Shown: piece after piece, positions 10,820-22,535 of the stretch
How positions within the stretch are numbered: the first letter of the stretch is position 1
How the letters are laid out: every line of letters begins with the position of its first letter
Assembly: GCA_963815095.1 (NCBI GenBank)
Contig: CAWFFH010000003.1
Location: 1,467,541 to 1,531,540, forward strand
Length of the DNA: 64,000 nt
Reading direction: 5' to 3'
DNA from: Candidatus Bathyarchaeota archaeon
Lineage (GTDB): Archaea > Thermoproteota > Bathyarchaeia > Bathyarchaeales > Bathycorpusculaceae
Made by a program: the position numbers and the translations under genes
The notes under the pieces: model-generated
What the model saw: the letters and a program-made list of their open reading frames with translations, nothing else
What the model was told of the DNA's origin: nothing
Databases searched by the model: none

Positions 10820-11467
10820 TTAAAGTACCGTGAAATGTTTGTTTTAACTCTTTAGTTTGACCAAGACTAATTTGCCTAATTGTTGATATGGTCAGCTTTT
10901 TTATTTAATGCCGGAAGAAAGGTTTTGCTTTTTTAGAAAACCGTAGCAAAGTAACTTCTGTTTTGGGTTTTTGCGTGTGACAAAAAGTGCGGTTTGATGT
11001 GTGAAATGTTATGTTTTGTTTGGTAAAATTTGGCGGAATGTTCCAATTTATGATGAATGTGTCTGTTGTAAATGGGGTTTTGGGGTGTTGGATATGGCTT
11101 GTTTGGGGTGGTTTTTGGTTAAGGGGTTGTTTTTGGGGTTTTTGCGGTTCCCTATTTTGTCGTTTTTTGGCGTGTTTTGGCCTGTTTTGGAGGTGTTTTG
11201 TCGTGTTTGGTAGGGTTTTTGATTTGAAATGGCGTAGTAGCTTTAAGCGTGGGCTGAGGTTTGGCGTGTAGATAGTTGTGTTGAGAGTTTGGTGCAGGTC
11301 AATTGTGAGGAGGTGGGGGTATGTTGGGGTTTTTTTCTGTGTTGATTGTTTGTCAATAAATCTTGTTAGGTTAAGTGTGTTTTAGTAACTCGTGTTTTTG
11401 GTTATGCTGTATCTATATGTTGTTTATTTTAATTAAGAAAATGAGAAAGTTAGGACAATATATGTCC

Positions 11468-12319
11468 TTAACTTACTTGTAGTTCTTGAATGAATGTTCC
11501 GTGCCAGGTATGGAACCAGACCTGTCCGCTGTACCCGTTGACGCTTAGCATCCCATAGGTTGCTGCGCCGTTAAGCACTTCGATAGTATAGTAGCCATAG
11601 GATGTGGTAACGTCGCCAGTTGTTGCCCCGCTTATGTAGGTGTTTAGGTATTGTTGTGCGTCTGTTGTTGCTTGTTCAGGTGTTACTGTCATGGTTGTGG
11701 TTGGGGTTCCAAAGATGCCACCCAAGATTCCTCCGCGCATCATGCCGTACTTGGTGTTCCACATCATGTTAGGACCCATCTCTGGATAGATGCTGCCAGT
11801 GTACTTGTTTATGAGTAGTTCGAATGCTCCGTTGCCGGTGCTTTTTTCATTAACTTGGACGTAGAAGTTGTTTGTGTATTCTTCTACTTGCTTAACCACC
11901 AGGTCGGGGTTGCCGGTTGATGAGACGTAGTTTTCTGCGATGGTTTCTGCGTTTGCTATGGTTAGTGGTGTTCCTGTATAGGTGTAGGGCGCATTGTATC
12001 CGTATCCGCCCATCATTCCACTAAAGCCTAGTCGACCCATCATTCCACCGAACATGGAAGGGTAAACTGGTTGATAATACTGAGTTGAAGGAGCAGTTGT
12101 GCTGGGTTGTTGGGTTGTGTATGGAGAGTTGTTGTATCCATAGCCGTACCCGTAGCCTCCCATCATTCCTCCACCTCTATAGCCGCCTCCCATCATGCCG
12201 CCGCCATAGCCTCCTAAAAAGTTTGAGGCAAACGGTCCCATGGCTGCTGCCGTGGAAACTAATAGTGCAGCTGCAACGAACGCAACTGCGACGAATGTTA
12301 TTATTTTCCAACTTTTCAT
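11468..12319 (-). CDS. secreted Gly/Met/Tyr-rich protein with PepSY-like C-terminal domains
   Basis: Signal peptide; GGMMGG repeats; PEMGPNMMWNTKYG and GMLSVNGYSGQVWFHTWHG. Confidence 0.75.
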   Translation of the reverse strand: MKSWKIITFVAVAFVAAALLVSTAAAMGPFASNFLGGYGGGMMGGGYRGGGMMGGYGYGYGYNNSPYTTQQPSTTAPSTQYYQPVYPSMFGGMMGRLGFSGMMGGYGYNAPYTYTGTPLTIANAETIAENYVSSTGNPDLVVKQVEEYTNNFYVQVNEKSTGNGAFELLINKYTGSIYPEMGPNMMWNTKYGMMRGGILGGIFGTPTTTMTVTPEQATTDAQQYLNTYISGATTGDVTTSYGYYTIEVLNGAATYGMLSVNGYSGQVWFHTWHGTFIQELQVS

Positions 12320-12550
12320 TTTTATTTTACCTCCAATTTTATCTTAAGCATATAATGGTATTCGAATGATATGATAGTTGGCTGAAACAGATGTGAAACA
12401 GTTTTGAAACCGTGGGTTTTCAGGTAAACCTTGGAGGATTCTAAACCAACTACCATTTCTTTGAATAAGATTCCCTAAAATCATGCTATTATCAAAAAAA
12501 TTGGGTAGTCAGCCATTTATTGGCTGATACTTCGGTTGTTGATCCCGTAA

Positions 12551-13426
12551 CTATGGGATTTGGTCTTTTACCAGAGTGCTTGTAAAGGTAATAAGCGAGT
12601 TGTAGTTTGCATTGGTGCCAAGTTGGCTGGAGCTGGACATAGTTAGCTCTACGGTGCTTTGAATCTGTTTGCATGTGCCCATTTCCAAATAGGATTGCCC
12701 TGAGACATCAAAGTTAAGGCTTAAAGATTTGGCTTGATTTTGCTCGGGCGTTGTTTGCGAAAAGTCAAGGCGGAAAACCTTAAAGTTTCCACCTTTAACT
12801 GATAGATCCTGAATAGCTACAAACTTTACATTTATTTCTGAAGCGGGGGAAGAGCTTAATGCAGTGGTGGTGAGTGGAATTTGCCATTCGTCTCCAACTT
12901 TGGCTTGGGTTTGATTAAAGAATGCTGTTTCTACGGGATTGCTATTGTTTGTGGGCGTTGCATATTGCTGAAGTGCGACGGGTAGCAGAGTTAGAAGGTT
13001 AACCATGTCGGTTTCTTTTACTTCCATGAGTCGCGAAGTTGTCATCGAGTACCCTAATACCGAGGATGTGGTTGTGTAGTTTAAGGTGTAGGTGTCACCA
13101 ACCAAACTTATCACTTCAACAGTTAAGGTACTTTGAGCACTTAGGTTGGTAGATGTATTTCCACTCTGACTTGAAGTTGAGGTAGTTACTTCGTAGGTCA
13201 GTTTTTCTCCTGTTGAGTAATGAACGCCTAAAGAAATTACATTCGCGTTGCTAGATGGAACATAAAATACTGCAGTCAAAATAACTGCAATCGCTATGAT
13301 AGCAGCCACGGTAAGGTAAAGTTTCTTTCCAAACCGTTTTTTAGATAACGCCTGTCCAGTCGGCTGCTCCGAAGGACCAGAAGCGGGTAGTGCCGCACTA
13401 ATTGTTCGAAATAATTTGTTTTCCAT
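12551..13426 (-). CDS. membrane-anchored Ser/Thr-rich hypothetical protein
   Basis: Single N-terminal TM then beta-rich domain; start uncertain, ORF extends to 13483. Confidence 0.7.
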   Translation of the reverse strand: MENKLFRTISAALPASGPSEQPTGQALSKKRFGKKLYLTVAAIIAIAVILTAVFYVPSSNANVISLGVHYSTGEKLTYEVTTSTSSQSGNTSTNLSAQSTLTVEVISLVGDTYTLNYTTTSSVLGYSMTTSRLMEVKETDMVNLLTLLPVALQQYATPTNNSNPVETAFFNQTQAKVGDEWQIPLTTTALSSSPASEINVKFVAIQDLSVKGGNFKVFRLDFSQTTPEQNQAKSLSLNFDVSGQSYLEMGTCKQIQSTVELTMSSSSQLGTNANYNSLITFTSTLVKDQIP

Positions 13427-13500
13427 ATGGGTCATTCCAAGACTAAATTTTTCTAAATACCCTAAATTGCTATTTCGTTTCATTTACTATTTAAGACTTG

Positions 13501-14586
13501 CTAGGTCACCAAATTTGCATTTGAAATTCCCTTTAAATTTTTAGTTGACTTATTTTGGGGTTGAGAAAATAGAGGAGGAATTTTTTTTCTGCCTCGAATA
13601 ATCAGCGGCATCCCTACAAGGATGAAGGCTAATCCCCACAGGTTAGGGTTATGCAGTGGACCAATCACCTCGTACCAGACGCTTGGGTGCGCTTCATAGC
13701 TGCCCGTGAGGTAGTAGTAGAGAGTGTTGAAGAGGAAGTAGCTGCCAAAAGCCACCATAACGGCGCCAACTCGGGTCAGATTCAGAGGGGCCGCTGGTTT
13801 TTTGATTGCAGGCAGAACTATTACCAAAGCGGTTGCAGCAAGCGCGAATAACCCAAAAACGGTTAACGTGAAACTTAGCAGATTTGAGGGTTGAAGCAGA
13901 AAGTCTAAGCCGTACACTTCATACGCGCGAGGGTAAGGCACCATAGTAGCTGCCCAAAGCATCGCATAATTAAACCAGAAAACCACAAAAAGGTATGCAA
14001 CGCCAGTTAAGCAACTCCACTTGAGAATTTCCTGTAAAGGCGCCTCAAACTTGATTTTTGAGCGGAGTTTTAGTAAGATTGGCGGAACAACCAGAACGAT
14101 TGCTAAGCAAGGAATTGCAGTGCCAAACAGCAAAATATGCTCGGGGGTGTGGTCGAAGTAGAAGAGGTAGTCGCTGGTTAAGTTGTAGGCGAAGGCGGCA
14201 ATTATCGACGGAATTAAAGCCAAGAAAAATCCGGCTTCCAAAAGCAGTGCCCGAGCCGCGTTTTTTCTGATTGTTGGCGTGGCTGTGTCTTTTTTTCTCC
14301 ACCAAAGAAAAGCCGCGTAAAACGCAAATGCACCTGCAAAGGCGCGCATAACAATTGCCACTGAACCTGCTACGCCCTCGCTGCCATAATAGAGAACTAT
14401 CCACCACCAAGGGTTCTTGGTCACCAAACCGTAGACGTAGTGATCGGTCGTTAACTGCAAACTGAACTGCAGCCCGTAAACTGCAAAGTACAGTGCGTAC
14501 CCAAGGTAAACGGTAACTAAAATTAAAACCCAAAATCGAATTGACCCTGCATATTTTTCAAGCCATTTTCCCATAAAGCTCACCAC
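13501..14586 (-). CDS. multi-pass membrane protein
   Basis: 361 aa with about 8-9 hydrophobic segments. Confidence 0.75.
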   Translation of the reverse strand: MVSFMGKWLEKYAGSIRFWVLILVTVYLGYALYFAVYGLQFSLQLTTDHYVYGLVTKNPWWWIVLYYGSEGVAGSVAIVMRAFAGAFAFYAAFLWWRKKDTATPTIRKNAARALLLEAGFFLALIPSIIAAFAYNLTSDYLFYFDHTPEHILLFGTAIPCLAIVLVVPPILLKLRSKIKFEAPLQEILKWSCLTGVAYLFVVFWFNYAMLWAATMVPYPRAYEVYGLDFLLQPSNLLSFTLTVFGLFALAATALVIVLPAIKKPAAPLNLTRVGAVMVAFGSYFLFNTLYYYLTGSYEAHPSVWYEVIGPLHNPNLWGLAFILVGMPLIIRGRKKIPPLFSQPQNKSTKNLKGISNANLVT

Positions 14587-14707
14587 TCGATTTGTGGGCT
14601 AACGGTAATTTAGTTCTACTCAAGGAACAAACTGTTCCAGCTTTGGAACAGACAAAATAAATTGTAGAGGGGGAAACTTTTCCAAAATGTCTTATTTTCT
14701 ACGATAA

Positions 14708-15901
14708 TTATGTAATTGTTTGGTTCCAATAGAAGACTCTGTTATAGTTACTCAATGTTGATCCGATTATTTCTGGGTCATCATAAATGATGTTTAGATT
14801 GCCATAATATCTGGTGAGCAAAGTGTGAACATCTAACGAAATTTTTTGAGTTAGGTTGTCAGCTGGGAACAAACCCCAAATGGTATCGTTTGGACCGCGA
14901 AAACCGTACCCGTAGTCTTTGGGTAAAACATAGGCTACTGTACCCTTGTTTTGTGCAATAGAGGCAGGATTCGAGTGTATGACATTCCAGAATTTTTGTA
15001 GGGCCAAGAAATGTTCATCCTGCAATGTACCGTAAGGGTTGTTATCAGGATATGTTGGATAACTAAAAACCACTGCGTAAGTTGCCCCTGCACTATAGGC
15101 TAAAGTTAAGTCAGCGTATAATTGGGTTCCATTTTCAAGGTATGGTTCGTTATCGTACGCCCATGTGATGATTACTCCCCAATCCTTATTGAAGGATTGA
15201 GCCGCTCCTCGACCTAAAGAAATTGTTTGTTGTCTATCTTGATTAGTATGACGAGTTTCATTCCCCACAAACTCTGCGAAAATCGTTGAATAATTCGATG
15301 CGTAGTCAAACCAATATAGTCCATAGTCTGAAGTGAATATGTTTGGTACTCCAGTGTGGGCATAATAGTAATTGATTATAGTCGAAAGATTTCCGGTATA
15401 ACTGTTAGCTACTCCTGAGTAGCCGCCAATCCCACTATTGATTAGTTGGAATTTGCCATCGTCTAATTGGTTTCCGCCAGGTTCATCGTAGCGGTATATT
15501 CCCAGGAACTGGTTTCCATATTTGAGTGTTGCATTACCTATCCAATCAAAGACAGAATTGTTTGGAGGATAACCGTTAGAGGCATTATACATTAAAGAGC
15601 TGGTGATAAAAACGATGAAGTTTAATCCAGTGGCATAAATATAATTGCAGGATTGGTCAAGGGCAGATCTGTTGAATGTTAAAATCGGTGAGCCTATGAC
15701 AAAAAGATTTGTGTAATCTTTGACTTTGTCAACTAGAGTCTTCACTTCGCTAAATTGGTCACCATATGCATATTCAACACCCATATAGAATGGGCTTGTT
15801 CTCACCTGTTTTTCATTGGGGTTTTTGAAGGCTATAAAAAGGGAAACGGCAATCAACGCAATAAGCAATACAGCGGCTAAAGTAATGTATTTCTTATTCA
15901 A
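14708..15901 (-). CDS. secreted hypothetical protein, possibly glycoside hydrolase-like
   Basis: N-terminal signal anchor; YRYDEPGG, FTSDYGLYWFDY and WGVIITW motifs; function is inference. Confidence 0.7.
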   Translation of the reverse strand: MNKKYITLAAVLLIALIAVSLFIAFKNPNEKQVRTSPFYMGVEYAYGDQFSEVKTLVDKVKDYTNLFVIGSPILTFNRSALDQSCNYIYATGLNFIVFITSSLMYNASNGYPPNNSVFDWIGNATLKYGNQFLGIYRYDEPGGNQLDDGKFQLINSGIGGYSGVANSYTGNLSTIINYYYAHTGVPNIFTSDYGLYWFDYASNYSTIFAEFVGNETRHTNQDRQQTISLGRGAAQSFNKDWGVIITWAYDNEPYLENGTQLYADLTLAYSAGATYAVVFSYPTYPDNNPYGTLQDEHFLALQKFWNVIHSNPASIAQNKGTVAYVLPKDYGYGFRGPNDTIWGLFPADNLTQKISLDVHTLLTRYYGNLNIIYDDPEIIGSTLSNYNRVFYWNQTIT

Positions 15902-16329
15902 AGATTCTCAACCAATTGTTACAACTATCAGTTGGTAAATCTATTTAACATTTAAGAAAAAATCAGCTAAGGAACTATTTTAAATTTTAATAAAGAGCTA
16001 TTCGGTGAAAAATTCTTTTTAAAGTTTAGAAATTTCTAAATTAGTGGGCTCAATAGCGGAAAAAGTATTCACAAGCCGCCGGCGTTTTTATTCCCCACCT
16101 TAAGCTTCATCGTACCTCGATTTTCTCATTGCCCGTTCTAAAATGGAAAACTGCGAATTTCAATGTTTTGGTATTGTTGACCATAAAATTTGATTGATTA
16201 GTACACATCAGCGTTTATGTGTTCTTAGAGGAAAAAATAGTTCTAAAAACCAATTTTTTAGAATGGAGATTTGTCAGTTATAAGTGTACGCTTCGAAATG
16301 AAAAAAAACGTAAGATTTAATTAGAAAAT

Positions 16330-16560
16330 TTAGGCGTGGACTGCGGTTTCGGTTATGGTTACGTCGTGTAGTTCGTGTACAGCTTCGCGTATGCGTCTTA
16401 TGTCTTCAATGTCTTTTCCTTCACCGTAGAGAATAATATCATAGTTTCCCATAACGGAATGTACTACTTTGACGCCTTCAATCTTTTGTATCTGATGGAC
16501 TACTGCTGTGGATCGTCCAACTCGGGTTCGAAGAAGCATATAGAAAGGAATCACGGACAT
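16330..16560 (-). CDS. stand-alone Lrp/AsnC ligand-binding (RAM) domain protein
   Basis: IEGVKVVHSVMGNYDII...DVTITET. Confidence 0.85.
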   Translation of the reverse strand: MSVIPFYMLLRTRVGRSTAVVHQIQKIEGVKVVHSVMGNYDIILYGEGKDIEDIRRIREAVHELHDVTITETAVHA

Positions 16561-16810
16561 ACATTTTTCTCCTATCAAAATAGAGGAAAATACATCAATG
16601 TATAGTTTGCTGTTATGTTTGAACTCTCTTGGGGCTAAATTTGGCGGAGCATCATCTTTTGGCAAAATTAATGGCGGATGTATCGCTGTGAAATTTGTTT
16701 TTTCTTCTATCTTACATGCGATGCCTTAGTTGGTTGTGTATGTGGCACCCGACAATCACAAATGCTAAAATACAAGCTCTCAAGAATCTTTAAGAGCGAG
16801 GATACTTTTC

Positions 16811-19800
16811 ATGTCGAAACCCCAAGATTCCGACGATACAGTAAAAGATAGTTCAAAAAGAAGATTCTTAAGATCGGGTGCTGCTGTTGCAGGTGCCCCA
16901 GTTCGTGAATTAACACAAGAACAAAAACCTCCGAAAAAGAGAGTGTTAGGGCGTCACAACGCTAACACTGCAAATAACTCAGTTTCTCGACGTACTTTTG
17001 TCAAAGTGGCGATTGCTGGTGCGGCGGTTGTTGGAGTGGGGTTGGCTGTTTCTAAATCTCTTCCTGCCATTGGTCAAACTAGCAATGGTTCCACATTGAA
17101 TTATAAGGGTAAAGTAACTCCAGCTGAGCGAATAGCTGCAGCTGCTTCTCGACCCAAGGCAACATCATTTGCGCCTACTGTGGTTCCAGCTCCAGGCGGA
17201 ACACCTGATTATTTTGGTACCACACCTAACTATGCCTATAGTCCAATGCCGACTGTTACTGGGACTCCTGTTAGTGGAGTAACTCTTAACGGATTTTCCG
17301 TTACTAGTGGTGGCAGTGGTTATACTACTCCCGCTGTTGTATTGACTGGAGGAGGTGGCACTGGAGCAACTGCTACTGCTAGGGTTTCAAACGGGGTTGT
17401 TTTGGCTTTGGTGTTGACTAATGCTGGGACTGGTTATACTTCGGCTCCCACAGTTACTTTGAGAGATCCAAGTCCAAGAGCTAAAGGTGCCGTTGCAACT
17501 GCAACTTTTACCAGTAATGCAGGGACCTTTGTAATTACTGGCGGTATTCGCAAATTCATCGATGGTTTGCCTGGCCTTGGACCGACAGGTGCAAACACTC
17601 TTGGGAAATTCATGCCGGTTGCCGTCGCAGATACAACAACGTATCCTGGAACTGACTACTACATTATAGAATGTAGGCAATATTCTGAGAAAATGCATAC
17701 TGATCTGCCTGCTACGACCTTGCGGGGATATGTGCAAGTTAATGGCTCGGGAACTCCTATTGCTCCAATCCACTATATGGGACCAATAATTGTTGCCACA
17801 AAAGATCGTCCCGTTCGAATAAAATTCACTAACAGACTCCCAACTGGGACTGGAGGAAACTTGTTCATACCAGTCGATAGCACGTATATGGGTGCTGGGC
17901 CTGGTCCAAGTGGCGGAACCTACCCCCAAAACCGTACTGCAATGCACCTTCACGGTGGTAACACAATCTGGATATGCGATGGAACCCCCCACCAGTGGAC
18001 TGTTCCGGTTGGAGAAAGCACACCGTATCCAAAGGGTGTTTCAGTAAAGTACGTACCTGACATGGATGGCGGAACAGAACCACAGGGAACATTAACGTTC
18101 TTCTATAGCAACCAACAAACCGCCCGACTAATGTTCTACCACGACCACGCTCTAGGCACAACTCGTCTTAATGTTTACGCAGGTATGGCAGCAGGGTACC
18201 TGGTGACTGATCCAGTTGAACAAGATTTCATAAACCAAACCAACAATTCGGGAGCAAATCCAGCTCATGCAAAGATTCTTCCAGACATTGGAATTCCATT
18301 AGTTATTCAAGACAGATCATTTGTGGATGCCACAACTATTGCAGCTCAAGATCCAACTTGGAATTGGGGCACAACACCGCCAACTCCACACACAGGAGAC
18401 CTCTGGTGGCCGCACGTTTACATGCCAAACCAGAATCCATACGATAATACTGGTGCTAATCCGTGTGGTAGGTGGGATTATGGTCCCTGGTTCTTCCCAC
18501 CTTGGACAGTGCAATTCGGTACACAACCTAATCCATACTACAACCCAACAGCTGCACCCTGGGAACCACCAGTCATTCCAGGAATCCCTAACCCATCAGG
18601 TGTCCCCGAATCATTCATGGATACACCAATCGTCAACGGAAACGCTTACCCATACCTTACTGTCCAACCAACTGTTGTTAGATTCCGCATTCTAAATGCT
18701 TGTAACGACCGATTCCTTAACCTACAACTCTATGTTGTCTCCAACATTATCAACACAATCAACTTAACCGGAGGCGGCAGCGGATACACGTCAGCTCCAT
18801 CTGTTACGCTTTCAGGTGGAGGAGGAACAGGTGCATTTGCAACCACAACAATCGCAAACGGAGCTGTTACAGCAATTAACATTTTAACCGTAGGCAGCGG
18901 ATACACTTCTGCTCCAACCGTTACAATTTCTCCACCCTCAGGATTAGGTGGGGTTACAGCAACGGCTACCGCTACAATTTTTACTGGTCTAACTGAAGTA
19001 GGTATGTTGCCTGCAAATCCAGGAACCTGGCCAGCAGACTATCCAACAGCAGATGGTAGAGCGGGTGGTTTTCCAGATCCAGCAAAAAGAGGTCCTGCAA
19101 TCATCCAAATAGGCACCGAAGGTGGTTTCTTGCCTGCACCTGCATTAATCACAAACAGACCTGTAGGCTACGACTATAACCGCAGAAGCATCACAGTATT
19201 AAACGTGCTAGAGAAGGCTTGCAATTTAGGTCCAGCTGAAAGAGCAGACATACTCGTGGACTTCACAAATTTCGCCGGTAAAACCCTAATTCTTTACAAC
19301 GATTCACCAGCTCCTGTACCAGCATTTGACCCACGTATAGATTACTTCACTGCAGACGGAGACCAAACATCAACTGGCGGAGCTCCAAATACAATCCCAG
19401 GCTACGGTCCAAATACCCGAACTATAATGCAAATTCGCGTGGCGGCTGGTGGTTCGTCAACTGCGCCACCCAATGACTATAACCCAACAAACCTAACAGC
19501 ACTCGCGACAGCCTTAGGCAACGCATTCCGACTCTCTCAAGACAAGATTATAGTTCCAGAAGCTGCCTACAACTCAGCCTACGGCGGAAACTTCCCAGAT
19601 AATTTCGCAGCAATCCAAGATACAACCCACACATTCACTCCACTTGGTCAAACAACCCCCATAACAGTGCCTCTATTTCCCAAAGGAATCCAAGAACTAT
19701 TCACAAACGACTACGGACGAATGAACGCACTACTATCTTACGAAATACCCAACACTAATGGTACAATTCAGACAACAATTATACAGGCATACGTAGATCC

Positions 19801-20605
19801 ACCAAACGAAATTATGGCACCTTCACTTGCAGCAACACCCATTGGATCTGCTGCTGACGGTACTCAACTTTGGAAGTTCACACATAACGGAGTAGACACA
19901 CATGCCGTACATTTCCATCTCTTTAATCTTCAGCTAATAAACCGGGTTGGTTGGGATGGTGCAATCAAGCCGCCAAATGATAACGAACTTGGCTGGAAAG
20001 AAACAATACAAATGAATCCACTCGAAGATGCGATTGTAGCACTCAGACCAATCATACCAACGAATCATTCACAGTATTTCAAGGTTCCAAACAGCGTCAG
20101 ACTTCTCGACCCAACCCAACCGCAAGGCGGCACAATGAGATTCACCAACGTCAACCCGTTAGGCAATCCAGTCACTGTGACAAATGAAATGGTTAACTTT
20201 GGTTGGGAATACGTAGATCACTGCCACTTACTAGGACACGAGGAAAACGACATGATGCGCCCAATGTGTTGCGCAGTTGCTCCAGAAGCTCCTTCCGGAT
20301 TAACAGCGACTCATGTTACAGGTGCCATCGCATTAGCCTGGACAAACAATGCAATAAACGCAACCAGCCTAACCATTCAAAAATCAACAACTTCAGCGTT
20401 CACTACTTTCACAACAATTACGCCTACAACAGCCACTGCCACTTCATACACAGATTCCACTGGTACCCCAGGTCAAAGATACTACTACAGAGTGATAGCA
20501 TCAAACAACGTAGGTGCACTTATGGCGACGGGCATTCCTGTAACTGGATACCCTTCAATAAACGCCGACTCCACCCCGTCAAACACTGCAAATGCATTAA
20601 GATAA
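16811..20605 (+). CDS. Tat-exported multicopper oxidase with Gly-rich inserts and C-terminal FN3 domain
   Basis: HLHG, YHDH, HAVHFH and [13 protein letters not shown] copper motifs; RR signals; [11 protein letters not shown]3 pattern. Confidence 0.92.
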   Translation: MSKPQDSDDTVKDSSKRRFLRSGAAVAGAPVRELTQEQKPPKKRVLGRHNANTANNSVSRRTFVKVAIAGAAVVGVGLAVSKSLPAIGQTSNGSTLNYKGKVTPAERIAAAASRPKATSFAPTVVPAPGGTPDYFGTTPNYAYSPMPTVTGTPVSGVTLNGFSVTSGGSGYTTPAVVLTGGGGTGATATARVSNGVVLALVLTNAGTGYTSAPTVTLRDPSPRAKGAVATATFTSNAGTFVITGGIRKFIDGLPGLGPTGANTLGKFMPVAVADTTTYPGTDYYIIECRQYSEKMHTDLPATTLRGYVQVNGSGTPIAPIHYMGPIIVATKDRPVRIKFTNRLPTGTGGNLFIPVDSTYMGAGPGPSGGTYPQNRTAMHLHGGNTIWICDGTPHQWTVPVGESTPYPKGVSVKYVPDMDGGTEPQGTLTFFYSNQQTARLMFYHDHALGTTRLNVYAGMAAGYLVTDPVEQDFINQTNNSGANPAHAKILPDIGIPLVIQDRSFVDATTIAAQDPTWNWGTTPPTPHTGDLWWPHVYMPNQNPYDNTGANPCGRWDYGPWFFPPWTVQFGTQPNPYYNPTAAPWEPPVIPGIPNPSGVPESFMDTPIVNGNAYPYLTVQPTVVRFRILNACNDRFLNLQLYVVSNIINTINLTGGGSGYTSAPSVTLSGGGGTGAFATTTIANGAVTAINILTVGSGYTSAPTVTISPPSGLGGVTATATATIFTGLTEVGMLPANPGTWPADYPTADGRAGGFPDPAKRGPAIIQIGTEGGFLPAPALITNRPVGYDYNRRSITVLNVLEKACNLGPAERADILVDFTNFAGKTLILYNDSPAPVPAFDPRIDYFTADGDQTSTGGAPNTIPGYGPNTRTIMQIRVAAGGSSTAPPNDYNPTNLTALATALGNAFRLSQDKIIVPEAAYNSAYGGNFPDNFAAIQDTTHTFTPLGQTTPITVPLFPKGIQELFTNDYGRMNALLSYEIPNTNGTIQTTIIQAYVDPPNEIMAPSLAATPIGSAADGTQLWKFTHNGVDTHAVHFHLFNLQLINRVGWDGAIKPPNDNELGWKETIQMNPLEDAIVALRPIIPTNHSQYFKVPNSVRLLDPTQPQGGTMRFTNVNPLGNPVTVTNEMVNFGWEYVDHCHLLGHEENDMMRPMCCAVAPEAPSGLTATHVTGAIALAWTNNAINATSLTIQKSTTSAFTTFTTITPTTATATSYTDSTGTPGQRYYYRVIASNNVGALMATGIPVTGYPSINADSTPSNTANALR

Positions 20606-20709
20606 TTTTGACCCCCAAAATTTTCTTTCCTTTTTTAATTTTTTATTAACAAATAAATTCAAAAAAAATCCAATCATCAAATCATCATTGTTAACATAAT
20701 ACAATTGAA

Positions 20710-21612
20710 ATGAAGATTCTCAAGATGCCGGGAAAATTTTTTACGTGGCCAAAACTTCTGATAATTATTGTAGCAATCATAATAGTAATCGTAGGCGTAG
20801 TCTGGTATGCTTCTAACAGTGCCCCTTCTACATCCACATCTCCAACTCCTACCCCCTCAATTCCTGCCAGTTCGCCAACTCAAACCGCCACTTCTTCACC
20901 TAAACCCAGCCCAACATCAACCAATCCCCAAACACCCACACCATCCGCGACAAATTTACCAAACCCAACCCCCACAACTACTTCAACTCAAACGACAACT
21001 CCAACCCCTTCTCCATCACCCTCTCCAACCCCCACCCCATCTCCAACTCCAGTCCCACCCATAACAGTGGTCTTCAACTTCGACAACGCCACTCCAACAC
21101 TTACCCAAGGCGTATCCACACCGATTGACCAAACCTCCCTTGGATTAACAGCCCACTTCAGCTCCCCCACAGACTCCCCTTCAAAACCCTCTTTTTCAGT
21201 GCAAAACCTCCACTCGCTCGCTGCACTCTCAACTGTAATAAATTCCGCCAACTTCTCAGGGCTATTTCTTTGGCCAAGCACAGTCAACAGAGACCGCCTA
21301 GACATCACCTTTAGCCAAAGCATAACAAGCATAAGCTTCAATTTCAAGACTGCAGAATTACATGATCCTGGTCCAGGCGGAACCGGCAGCCCCATCAGGT
21401 TAACAGCGTACATGAACTTGCTCTCTACTCAGATCGGAACTCCAGTTACAGTAAACGGCATCGAAACGCCATACGATAACTACCCCGAAGGCACCTTAAC
21501 GTTCAATTCAAACGGACAACCTTTCAACTTGGTTGAAATTGATTTGCCTTATATTTCCGCAGAGGGAGCTACAGGTATTATTATCGACAACATAGTCGTT
21601 ACCACTGCGTAA
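20710..21612 (+). CDS. membrane-anchored protein with Pro/Thr/Ser linker and beta-sandwich domain
   Basis: TM, about 80 aa PT/PS linker, C-terminal IIIDNI. Confidence 0.8.
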   Translation: MKILKMPGKFFTWPKLLIIIVAIIIVIVGVVWYASNSAPSTSTSPTPTPSIPASSPTQTATSSPKPSPTSTNPQTPTPSATNLPNPTPTTTSTQTTTPTPSPSPSPTPTPSPTPVPPITVVFNFDNATPTLTQGVSTPIDQTSLGLTAHFSSPTDSPSKPSFSVQNLHSLAALSTVINSANFSGLFLWPSTVNRDRLDITFSQSITSISFNFKTAELHDPGPGGTGSPIRLTAYMNLLSTQIGTPVTVNGIETPYDNYPEGTLTFNSNGQPFNLVEIDLPYISAEGATGIIIDNIVVTTA

Positions 21613-21863
21613 TTGAGGAAGTTAGTTATTGCCTGCGGTTCAATCACTATTTTCAAATTAGAATCTCAATTAATAATTTTGAATTGTTTTTAATAATTAA
21701 CTTTTAATACAGAAAAAATAGAAAAAATATTTTGTTAATAAGGTTGTAAATAATAACGAATTTTTGAATGTGGCTGTTGTCTCACAGTCACACACACTTA
21801 AATCAACAAGCTATCTGTTATAGAGAGTAACTCACATTGTGGGCATAAAAAAAGGTAGATTTT

Positions 21864-22154
21864 ATGAAAAGTAAAGAGTTTATGGATAAAGATGTTTTTG
21901 CTTTAGATGAGAAAATCGGCAAAATCAAAGAAATAGAAATAGATGTTGATGAGTGGAAAGTGACTCATCTTGAAGTTGAGTTGGATAAGAACGTAGCTGA
22001 GTCAGTGCTTGGTGCAAAGAAAGGTGGCGTGCGGAACATGTTAAACGTTGCAGCTTTAGAGAAAGGAACTGGCATGTGGATGGACAATGGATTGCACTTG
22101 AAAGTTGCAAAAGATAAGCTTCACATGTACCTAAGTCCAGCAGTTAAAACTTAG
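21864..22154 (+). CDS. PRC-barrel domain protein
   Basis: KEFMDKDV...KIGKIKEIEIDVDEWKVTHLEV. Confidence 0.8.
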   Translation: MKSKEFMDKDVFALDEKIGKIKEIEIDVDEWKVTHLEVELDKNVAESVLGAKKGGVRNMLNVAALEKGTGMWMDNGLHLKVAKDKLHMYLSPAVKT

Positions 22155-22192
22155 GTAGTACAATTTCGAACGCGTTTGGAGGTGCTATAATT

Positions 22193-22390
22193 ATGCCGGA
22201 ACAACATATGGACATTAAAGATCAGATGCAGAAAATGGGCGAAAAATGGAGCGAATTTCAGAAAACCTGGGTTTCCCACTTCAAAGACATGGACGTTGAA
22301 GTGTTAGAATGGAACTTTGGTGTTGGAAAAAATGGTGAAGACACCATTTTTGAAATGAAAGCTAAGGTCGCCGTTAGAAAAAAGAAGTAG
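22193..22390 (+). CDS. 65-aa hypothetical protein (paralog of 45281..45478)
   Basis: GGAGGTG SD; near-identical second copy with many synonymous changes. Confidence 0.85.
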   Translation: MPEQHMDIKDQMQKMGEKWSEFQKTWVSHFKDMDVEVLEWNFGVGKNGEDTIFEMKAKVAVRKKK

Positions 22391-22535
22391 AAATCATTGA
22401 CGAATGGATATGAATAAATGTCCTTTCGTTAAGAACGCTGCCGCAAGGCATTTTTTTATTTTGCTGGCTAAGGCGTTTTGTTTGGTAATATTTCATTAGT
22501 GAAAGGTCGATGGCTAAATCTCGGTGTTATTGTAA

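Noticed and set aside
7341-10833. Numerous antisense and alternative-frame ORFs inside the permease and lhr (and similar ones elsewhere)
   Set aside because: Shadow ORFs overlapping well-supported genes, with no motifs
11001-11271. Two overlapping hydrophobic ORFs
   Set aside because: By-products of G/T-rich low-complexity DNA
14632-14675. ORB-like GTTCCAG...GGGGG
   Set aside because: Single copy, wrong spacing and far from cdc6
20830-21060. DNA tandem repeat or mobile element
   Set aside because: Simply encodes a Pro/Thr/Ser linker
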